Part shown: positions 10,182 to 16,924 of the stretch, in pieces
How the letters are laid out: the number at the start of each line of letters is the position of its first letter
Position numbering within the stretch: position 1 is the stretch's first letter
NCBI GenBank assembly: GCA_021785735.1
Contig: JAJYEP010000001.1
Location: 29 to 64,028 of the forward strand
DNA length: 64,000 bases
DNA from: Thermoplasmata archaeon
GTDB lineage: Archaea > Thermoplasmatota > Thermoplasmata > Thermoplasmatales > Thermoplasmataceae
Direction of reading: 5' to 3'
Notes under the pieces: generated by a model
What the model saw: only the letters and a program-made list of their open reading frames with translations
The model's database searches: none
What the model was told of the DNA's origin: nothing
Translations under genes and position numbers: made by a program

Positions 10182-11327
10182 ATGGCAGATTTCAAAATAA
10201 TTCAGGACCCTGTGCATGGCCCAATCAGAATCGACGGCGTTGTGGAGAAACTCATAGATTCCATTGAGTTCCAGAGACTCAGGTTCATCAGGCAGCTTGG
10301 CCTGAGTTTTCTTGTATTTCCCGGCGCGAATCACACAAGGTTTGAACACTCCCTGGGAACCATGTACATTTCGGATCAATTCTCCGAGAAAATAGGGCTT
10401 GAGGATGCAGACACACTCAGAATTTCTGCTCTTCTGCATGATATAGGACATCTACCTTTCAGCCACAGTTTTGAGGATTTCTTCTTTACCAAGACAAAAA
10501 TGGAACACCAGGAGGCAGGAAGGAGGATAATTCTGGGTGAAAAGCCATTCGAGGAAAGCAGCATTCCAGACATTCTGGAAAAATTTTCCATGTCTCCCAG
10601 AGAAATATCGGATATGGTTGCTGGGAGGCAAAAAACTGCCTCATCGAGCATAGTAAGCGGACCTGTTGATGCCGATGAACTTGACTATTTGCTGAGAGAT
10701 TCCACTTTCTGCGGCATAGCTCTTGGACTGGTTGATTACAAGAGAATAATAAACACCCTGATTTACAAGGACAATAAACTCATCATAGAGGAGAAGGGGA
10801 TACCAAATCTCGAATCACTCCTTATTGGTAGGATACTGATGTACAGATCTGTTTACTGGCACAAGACATGCAGGATTGCACAGGGCATGATGGGAATTGC
10901 TCTCAGGATGAAGAGATCCGAAATGAAAGAACCCTTTTCCAAGACGGATTACGAATTCCTCACTGAGTTGCTTGTGGATCATGGTTCATCTGAAATGACA
11001 AGACGTATTCTTCGGCGAGATCTTTTCAAGGTAATATATTCGAGTGAATATGACAGTGAAAAATACAAGCGGATCAGGAACATGATGGAAGAGAACTTTC
11101 AGTCAGATCTTTTCCTGATCGATGTGATTCCTCCACTGGAATTCGATGGAGCGGAGAGATTGAAAACGAACATGACCGTATTGGTCAATGGAAAAAACAT
11201 GAAGGTGAGCAGTGCCTCACCTCTGGTAAATTCTCTGTCAAAGATTGTCAGGGAGAGAAAGATTCTCGTGTCTTGCGACAGGAAAATAGCCGAAAAATCT
11301 TTGTCACTTCTTGGGAGTGTGGATTGA
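10182..11327 (+). CDS. HD-domain metal-dependent phosphohydrolase (dNTP triphosphohydrolase-like, COG1078-type)
   Basis: N-terminus MADFKIIQDPVHGPIRID...FQRLRFIRQLG...HTRFEHSLGT...LLHDIGHLPFSH is the HD signature. Start set at ATG 10182, because the ORF-track start at 10146 lies inside the SRP RNA. Confidence 0.8.
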   Translation: MADFKIIQDPVHGPIRIDGVVEKLIDSIEFQRLRFIRQLGLSFLVFPGANHTRFEHSLGTMYISDQFSEKIGLEDADTLRISALLHDIGHLPFSHSFEDFFFTKTKMEHQEAGRRIILGEKPFEESSIPDILEKFSMSPREISDMVAGRQKTASSSIVSGPVDADELDYLLRDSTFCGIALGLVDYKRIINTLIYKDNKLIIEEKGIPNLESLLIGRILMYRSVYWHKTCRIAQGMMGIALRMKRSEMKEPFSKTDYEFLTELLVDHGSSEMTRRILRRDLFKVIYSSEYDSEKYKRIRNMMEENFQSDLFLIDVIPPLEFDGAERLKTNMTVLVNGKNMKVSSASPLVNSLSKIVRERKILVSCDRKIAEKSLSLLGSVD

Positions 11328-11798
11328 TTACTTCAGAATCTTTGTCATTCTCACGGCATGCCTTGATTCCCTGAAGTGTTCACTGTAATAATTATTCAGC
11401 TTCTCTAACACCTTGTATCCGTTTTTTTCATAGAATTTTAGTCCCTCATGGTTCTTTTCTCTGACTTCAAGCACCGAGAGAGAAAAGCCCCTGGCTTTCA
11501 TCTCCTCCTCTATATATGCGAGCAACTTGGAGCCTACTCCAGATCCCTGATAGGAGGGGTCGACTGCAATACTTTCAACATCTGCTGATGAATTGTCAAG
11601 CGGAATAGCCACGACATAGCCAGCAATTTTATCTCCGTCTACGGCAACATAATTGAATGCCAGCGGATTCGCAAACATATCTATGATCTCTTCTCCGCTG
11701 TAGGGACCAACCTCAAAACTTCTGTTCTCAATGCCTGATATTGCATCAAGATCGGACCATTCAAATTTCCTGAATATCAACACTGAGTCATTTCGCAT
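11328..11798 (-). CDS. N-acetyltransferase, RimI/Ard1-like (GNAT)
   Basis: 156 aa. SIAVDPSYQGSGVGSKLLAYIEEEMKARG is the Q-x-x-G-x-G motif, and the size is typical of RimI/NAT-type acetyltransferases. Confidence 0.72.
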   Translation of the reverse strand: MRNDSVLIFRKFEWSDLDAISGIENRSFEVGPYSGEEIIDMFANPLAFNYVAVDGDKIAGYVVAIPLDNSSADVESIAVDPSYQGSGVGSKLLAYIEEEMKARGFSLSVLEVREKNHEGLKFYEKNGYKVLEKLNNYYSEHFRESRHAVRMTKILK

Positions 11799-11873
11799 GA
11801 GAATAACAATCTTATCATACTCATAAATGAGTAACTACCAACAGTATTAAATCAGCCGGTGTGATAATCCTTT

Positions 11874-12608
11874 ATGATTAAAGATGCGATAGAATCTCTA
11901 AGGGCTGGAAAACCTATTCTTATTCATGATAGTACCAGCAGGGAAAACGAGACTGATATCGTCATCCCCTCGCAGTTCATATCACCAGGGAACATAAACT
12001 TCATGCGGAAGAATGGAGGTGGCCTGATCTGCACCACCATGACCTGGCGGGATGCCCAGAAGATAGGTCTGGCATATCTTGAAAACATCTATTCCGAAGC
12101 GTTTCCCCAGAGAATGCATCTGTTTAACCAGGATGACCTGGGATATGACAGAAGCAGTGCATTTACTCTGTCTGTTAATTCAAGAGATACCTTTACGGGA
12201 ATATCCGATTACGACCGATATCTGACGATATCCAATTTTTCAAAGTTCGTCTCAGAAATCGAAAATCTGAACGGAAATGCAGTTAAGGAATTTGACTCCA
12301 GGTTCCGGTCGCCGGGCCATGTTTTTCTTCTGATCGCGAGAGATGATTATTTCAACTCGAGACGGGGTCACACAGAGCTTTCCACATACATGATGGAATT
12401 AGCTGGTCTGGTCCCATCGGCAACAATAGTGGAGATGCTGTCTGATACAGGTAAATCTGCAAGTGTGGATGAAGCGATGAAGTTCGCAGAGGATCACCAA
12501 CTAACATTTATAGAGGGAGAGAGTATCATCCGTGAGTGGGTAAATGACGCTGGTAATGGCCACAGGAGTATTCGACATCCTGCATCCGGGACATATACAC
12601 TTTCTTAG
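11874..12608 (+). CDS. ribB: 3,4-dihydroxy-2-butanone 4-phosphate synthase
   Basis: 244 aa. The motifs DSTSRENETDIV, GGLICTTM and RSPGHVFLL...RRGHTE match DHBP synthase. The last 21 codons overlap ribL (see findings). Confidence 0.85.
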   Translation: MIKDAIESLRAGKPILIHDSTSRENETDIVIPSQFISPGNINFMRKNGGGLICTTMTWRDAQKIGLAYLENIYSEAFPQRMHLFNQDDLGYDRSSAFTLSVNSRDTFTGISDYDRYLTISNFSKFVSEIENLNGNAVKEFDSRFRSPGHVFLLIARDDYFNSRRGHTELSTYMMELAGLVPSATIVEMLSDTGKSASVDEAMKFAEDHQLTFIEGESIIREWVNDAGNGHRSIRHPASGTYTLS

Positions 12609-12975
12609 CGAAGCCAGAAAACTGGGAGATAGATTGGTGGTTGTTGTGGCCAGGGATAAGACGGCTATGAAAAATGGTAAGATGCCACTGTTTGATGAAA
12701 ATACAAGGTTGATGATGGTGTCTCAACTGAAATTGGTTGATCAGGCCGTACTGGGCCATATAGGCGATATATACGAGACTGTATCGGATATAAAGCCGGA
12801 CATAATAGCGCTGGGGTATGATCAGCATTTCAATGAACAGGATATTGAAAAGAAGTGCCTGGGACTTGGTCTTAAGGTAAAGGTAATGAGGATGAGCAGA
12901 TCAAACCATTCTGGTCCTGTCAGCTCATCGGAAATCAAGAAGAAGGTTATTGAGGAGATTGAGGGTAGAACTTGA
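12544..12975 (+). CDS. ribL: FAD synthetase, archaeal CTP-dependent type (cytidylyltransferase fold)
   Basis: 143 aa. The N-terminal nucleotidyltransferase motif ATGVFDILHPGHIHFL and the size and position within the rib operon match archaeal RibL. Confidence 0.82.
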   Translation: MTLVMATGVFDILHPGHIHFLSEARKLGDRLVVVVARDKTAMKNGKMPLFDENTRLMMVSQLKLVDQAVLGHIGDIYETVSDIKPDIIALGYDQHFNEQDIEKKCLGLGLKVKVMRMSRSNHSGPVSSSEIKKKVIEEIEGRT

Positions 12976-13460
12976 AAATCATAGGAGTCGTTGATACAAC
13001 CTTCGCCAGGTATGACATGGGAAGATCAGCCATTGATGAACTGAGATCCAACGGAACGGGTTTCACCATCAACCGCTACACAGTGCCCGGAATAAAGGAT
13101 ATACCTGTAGCATGTGAAGTATTGTTCAAAGAGGGTGCAGACATCATCATTGCGCTTGGAATGCCCGGAAAGATGCCGGTGGATAAAATTTCTGCTCAGA
13201 CCGCTTCCAATGGAATAATGAATGTTCAAACCAAGTGGGGCAGGCACGTCATCGAGGTCTTCGTTCATGAAGACGAGGCCCGGGATGAGAAAGAACTTGC
13301 GTGGCTGATGGATATGCGAAGCAGGGAGCATGCAAAAAATGTACTCACGTTGTTGTTCAATCGTCAGAAAATGACTGAATATGCAGGACAAGGATTGAGA
13401 CAGGGATTCCCAGACGTGGGCTCTGTCGAGGTACCTCTTAAGGGAGGAAGAAGACACTAG
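12972..13460 (+). CDS. ribC: Riboflavin synthase, archaeal type
   Basis: 162 aa. N-terminus IGVVDTTFARYDMG is the hallmark of archaeal (lumazine-synthase-like) riboflavin synthase. It has a 4-nt overlap with ribL. Confidence 0.85.
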   Translation: MKIIGVVDTTFARYDMGRSAIDELRSNGTGFTINRYTVPGIKDIPVACEVLFKEGADIIIALGMPGKMPVDKISAQTASNGIMNVQTKWGRHVIEVFVHEDEARDEKELAWLMDMRSREHAKNVLTLLFNRQKMTEYAGQGLRQGFPDVGSVEVPLKGGRRH

Positions 13461-13469
13461 GTGTGAAAG

Positions 13470-13877
13470 ATGAAAATAGGAATAGTTGTATCGGAATTTA
13501 ACTGGGATATCACAACTCTGATGCTTTCAAGGGCAGAGGAGGAGGCAAAATTCCTGGGAGTTGAAGTTGGCAAGGTTGTTATGGTGCCAGGCACATTTGA
13601 CATCCCGCTGGCAGTTAAGAAGATGCTGGAGATAAGGGATCTCGATGGCATAGTAACTCTTGGGTGCGTCATAAAAGGAGAGACTGATCATGACCAGATT
13701 ATAATGCAGAACGCTGCGAGGAAAATTGAAGACCTTTCTGTGGAATATTCAAAGCCGGTCTCTCTTGGAATCACCGGCCCTGGACAGACCAGGTTACAGG
13801 CCATGGCAAGGATTGAAAACGCGAGAGATGCAGTGGATAGCCTTGTGAAATTGATCAAGGCCATGAAGTCTATCTGA
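13470..13877 (+). CDS. ribH: 6,7-dimethyl-8-ribityllumazine synthase
   Basis: 135 aa. Motifs IGIVVSEFNWDIT, VPGTFDIPLA and LGCVIKGETDH match lumazine synthase. Confidence 0.9.
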   Translation: MKIGIVVSEFNWDITTLMLSRAEEEAKFLGVEVGKVVMVPGTFDIPLAVKKMLEIRDLDGIVTLGCVIKGETDHDQIIMQNAARKIEDLSVEYSKPVSLGITGPGQTRLQAMARIENARDAVDSLVKLIKAMKSI

Positions 13878-14769
13878 GGGATTTCCTGAGATCCCCCACA
13901 GTCATGTTTACCTCTGCATAGAGGTTGTAGGGATGCATGGTTTCCAGACTTTCGGAGGAAACGTTGAGTGAAACAGAATCAGGCAGATCTGGAAACGACT
14001 TAACAATTTCTGCGGATATTTCCCTAACAATATCTTCAATAAACTTTGGATTCTTATGCGAATCTATTATCTGCCTGCCCTCTTCATCCATCCCGTATTT
14101 CAGTAACTGAGGTAAACCAAGCACTCTTTCACAGGAATTTATCAGATCGGAAAATTGGATATCAAAATCATATCCATGAAGTGCAATGTTGACGATATTT
14201 CTCTGGTTATGAGTCACAACGGGAATGTCCCTCAGGAAAGCCTCATATTCAGGGTGATCCGAAATAAGCATGGAACGTGTTTTTTCCATGGTACATGGAC
14301 ACGCGTTCATTCCGCTGACTGAAATCTCTATAGATTTGGTGGGCTGCATTTCAGTGTTTACAGAATAGCCAGATCCAATGCCATAGGAAACAAGGCCCTC
14401 TTTTCCGGTTTTGATCATTCTGGGCAGAAACGCCTCGGACTTAACGTGCACGGAAACTTTTCCAGAATACTGGATTTTTTGTGCAATCCCAGCATATATG
14501 ATCTCCGGGACATTTTTGAAGTCCAAGAATTCACTTTCTGATTCGAGTCCCTCAAGAATTGAATCTGTGATTCTGGATATGCTTGCGCCTTTTTTATCCG
14601 GATCAAGACCTACTGAGATATCAATATCCAGAACTGATCTTTGCTCATTACCATCAATCGCGATACTCGCAGGATACCTGAAATGCCTGACCCCCACTTT
14701 TTCTATGGGAATACTGTTTTTTGGTGGAGAGTCCTGAATTTCAGCAGAACCGGTCAATAAAAAAATCAC
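13870..14769 (-). CDS. mptA: GTP cyclohydrolase, FolE2/MptA family
   Basis: 299 aa. N-terminal IPIEKVGVRHFRYP...VGLDPDKKGASISR and the internal NACPC motif resemble the FolE2/MptA (DUF198) family. The family call is from memory and the substrate/product was not verified. Confidence 0.65.
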   Translation of the reverse strand: MIFLLTGSAEIQDSPPKNSIPIEKVGVRHFRYPASIAIDGNEQRSVLDIDISVGLDPDKKGASISRITDSILEGLESESEFLDFKNVPEIIYAGIAQKIQYSGKVSVHVKSEAFLPRMIKTGKEGLVSYGIGSGYSVNTEMQPTKSIEISVSGMNACPCTMEKTRSMLISDHPEYEAFLRDIPVVTHNQRNIVNIALHGYDFDIQFSDLINSCERVLGLPQLLKYGMDEEGRQIIDSHKNPKFIEDIVREISAEIVKSFPDLPDSVSLNVSSESLETMHPYNLYAEVNMTVGDLRKSLR

Positions 14770-15125
14770 TTCTTTTGCTGCTGTTCGTAGCTCTTGCGCA
14801 ACGATTCCTCTAGCTCTTTGTACTTGTCCTCGAGAGATTTCTGCTGCCTTTCGTAGGTTTTAATTCTGATTTCGCTCAGCTCCTTTTGCTCTTCGAGTTC
14901 GTCAATAAGTTTTTTCTTTTCGAGAACCTTGTACATCACAACACCCGTATTTCTGTAAATATCGGTGCCATCAGGTATTTCGTTCAACTCTTTCAGGGTT
15001 TTTTCCAGTTCTTTAACCTTTATCTCGAGTTGATACTTCTGACTGGCTGTCTGTTCCAACTGCAATTCTATCTGCTGAGCCTGCTTGATCTGATTCTGAA
15101 GATATGATCCCAAATTCGGTTCCAT
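14766..15125 (-). CDS. pfdB: Prefoldin beta subunit
   Basis: 119 aa. Two long heptad coiled-coil arms flank a central beta-hairpin region (GTDIYRNTGVVMYKV). The size fits, and adjacency to pcc1 is typical of archaea. Confidence 0.75.
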   Translation of the reverse strand: MEPNLGSYLQNQIKQAQQIELQLEQTASQKYQLEIKVKELEKTLKELNEIPDGTDIYRNTGVVMYKVLEKKKLIDELEEQKELSEIRIKTYERQQKSLEDKYKELEESLRKSYEQQQKK

Positions 15126-15362
15126 TTAATTCACTTCCCTATTCAATTTACTGAAAAGAACAACCTGCCTTGTCACAGAGGCCAAGGATGCCCTAGCTGC
15201 GACTATATCATTGGCTTCTATATAAATATGCAAATTTTCGCCATATTGATTCATTGAAATCCTAGATCTTGCCATACTATCCACTAAATCAGGAGCAATA
15301 ACTTTGTCAAGTCCATCGAACGACTCCAGTGGAAATTTAATCTCTATCTGAATTCTGTTCAA
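15126..15362 (-). CDS. pcc1: KEOPS complex subunit Pcc1-like
   Basis: 78 aa. The pattern IEIKFP...A..V..L...LHIYIEANDIVAARASLASVTRQV matches the Pcc1/CTAG fold signature. It is contiguous with prefoldin beta. Confidence 0.6.
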   Translation of the reverse strand: MNRIQIEIKFPLESFDGLDKVIAPDLVDSMARSRISMNQYGENLHIYIEANDIVAARASLASVTRQVVLFSKLNREVN

Positions 15363-15448
15363 CAGGTTCTAATGTCGAATTGCAATAAAATTTTATCTGA
15401 TCCTAATTTTTCCAATAAAATTTAAGTTATGCTGAGAATACAGTGAAA

Positions 15449-15523
15449 GGGTCCGTGGCCTAGTTTGGATAAGGCACCGTCCTTCTAAGTCGGTGATCGT
15501 GGGTCCGAATCCCACCGGGCCCG
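15449..15523 (+). tRNA. tRNA-Arg (anticodon UCU)
   Basis: Manual cloverleaf of 75 nt without CCA. Acceptor GGGTCCG/CGGGCCC, D stem GCCT/AGGC, anticodon stem CCGTC/GTCGG (one U-U mismatch at 30-40), loop CTTCTAA giving anticodon TCT, T arm GTGGG-TCCGAAT-CCCAC, discriminator G. TATA-like AAATTTAAGTTAT lies about 25 nt upstream. Confidence 0.82.
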
Positions 15524-15715
15524 TTTTACAAGGCAAACGGAAGAATATGAAGTTTAAGTGACTTTCACGAAATTATATATTCTGTGGATAGAATGCATCG
15601 ATCCAGTTTTGAAAACCTTGAGAATTTGTCAGCTCTTGTCTGACAAAAGGGAAAACAAAGGCCCAGCCTGTAATGGTGGCAAAATGATTTTATATAAGAT
15701 ACAATTAAACTTCTG

Positions 15716-16810
15716 TTGCATATCCTGGACATAGAAATCATAAGAAATCTGCAATGGCCCAACAATAATATGGTTCTTGACAAGGAAAATGTAATGAAAT
15801 ACAAACGTCCATCAGCCTTCTGGATAAGCACGCAACTTCTGGAAAAATCAAAGAAGGGCATGATCACTGGCGTGGATAAAATCACAAGAGGACAGGTATC
15901 GGCCAGATGGGATATTATTTCGCGTGCAATGAAGGTGAGAGCGGTTGTTGACCCTAGGATAGTCGGTATGCAGAAGTCATCTGTGTTTTTTAGTGGATCT
16001 CTTCCAGACATCTCTCCCCTGTCAATAATAGAGAGCTACCCAGATAATATAGACAGTTTCCACGAGGGATTATTACTGAGACGCGACGGTTCACTGGAAT
16101 CAGGAATAAAAATTGATATTTATCACAAAGACGACAAGGAACTTTCAAGAATCACAACAGATCTAAATAACATCAACCCGAGGTTCAAACTGAAATCAGT
16201 TTCAGGATTTTCCTGGTCATTCCTGTCCGATTCCGATAAATTCAAAAGGCTCAGAAGTTATGACGGGGCCCTTCGCAGTGGCGTAATTGCAGTGATGAAT
16301 GAGCTGATTAAAAATCCCACCGCCAAGATAAATGAAATGTCAACCAGTACAGGTCTATCAAGATCTGCAATAAAAAAGATTTACGGGGATATCATAACCA
16401 GCGGTTCATTGATTTTCGAGCCGACGATGACCGGTAAATGGATCGGTGAGGGGACATCCACCCTTGTATTCTTCGCAGTTCCGGAAAACGAAAAGAAGGC
16501 GCTGGACTCGTATCTTGTGAATGAGAGTATAGTGGGAAAAAGGATACTGCTTAAGCGTGACTATTTGAAGGATTCCCTTGGATATCTGTGCTGGGTTAAC
16601 GATTTCTATGATGCTGTCCAATTTCAGGAGGCTATTCTGGAGAAGTCCGGCAGGTATAAGCCAATGGTGGTTTTGTTTTCAAAAACAATATACAATACAA
16701 AAGCCTCGATAAATTTGATCATGGGTAATTCAAATTCCAGCAACAGTGTGATCAGATCCAGCGCCGTGGAGCAGATTGCTGAAGATAACGAACAGAACCC
16801 AATAACCTGA
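15716..16810 (+). CDS. Putative DNA-binding protein with two Lrp/AsnC-like HTH-plus-ligand modules
   Basis: 364 aa. Two segments look like HTH followed by a beta-alpha-beta module: ILDIEIIRNL...ITRGQVSARWDIISRAMKVRAVVDPRIVGMQKSSVFF and AVMNELIKNPTAKINEMSTSTGLSRSAIKKIYGDIITSGSLIFEPT...TLVFFAV. The start codon is uncertain and the family call is tentative. Confidence 0.45.
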   Translation: MHILDIEIIRNLQWPNNNMVLDKENVMKYKRPSAFWISTQLLEKSKKGMITGVDKITRGQVSARWDIISRAMKVRAVVDPRIVGMQKSSVFFSGSLPDISPLSIIESYPDNIDSFHEGLLLRRDGSLESGIKIDIYHKDDKELSRITTDLNNINPRFKLKSVSGFSWSFLSDSDKFKRLRSYDGALRSGVIAVMNELIKNPTAKINEMSTSTGLSRSAIKKIYGDIITSGSLIFEPTMTGKWIGEGTSTLVFFAVPENEKKALDSYLVNESIVGKRILLKRDYLKDSLGYLCWVNDFYDAVQFQEAILEKSGRYKPMVVLFSKTIYNTKASINLIMGNSNSSNSVIRSSAVEQIAEDNEQNPIT

Positions 16811-16924
16811 CAACATTAATCCTTTTGATTCAAAAGCCTCATTGTGGTAACCGTCACTATCAGACTTTACTGCTCAGAAATCAGATAAAAAAGATTAATT
16901 GGCGAACAACATCACTTCAACTGG

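Noticed and set aside
9806-10451. Four overlapping ORFs on both strands (129, 68, 147 and 61 aa) in a GC-rich island. I also considered that this structured region could be a cobalamin or other riboswitch for the adjacent ABC uptake operon.
   Set aside because: The region carries the universal SRP RNA helix-8 motif on the plus strand, and its 5'/3' ends pair, so it is the 7S RNA gene. It is oriented away from the ABC operon, so it cannot be that operon's leader. The ORF translations are Arg/Pro/Gly-rich, as expected from GC-rich RNA.
13870-14769. I considered whether this gene is the riboflavin-pathway GTP cyclohydrolase III (ArfA), given that it abuts the rib operon.
   Set aside because: The N-terminal pattern (IPIEKVGV..F.YP ... 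KG.S.SR) and the NACPC motif fit FolE2/MptA rather than what I recall of ArfA. It is also convergent with, not part of, the rib operon. I kept it as an MptA/FolE2-family call with moderate confidence. The KGASISR variant of the usual KGTHMSRF motif was noted, but I cannot evaluate it from memory.
15565-16011. A 148-aa minus-strand ORF between tRNA-Arg and the 364-aa gene.
   Set aside because: It overlaps the 5' part of the longer plus-strand ORF, has Cys/Ser/Leu/Ile-rich composition with no motif, and would run toward the tRNA. I judged it a shadow ORF, with low certainty.
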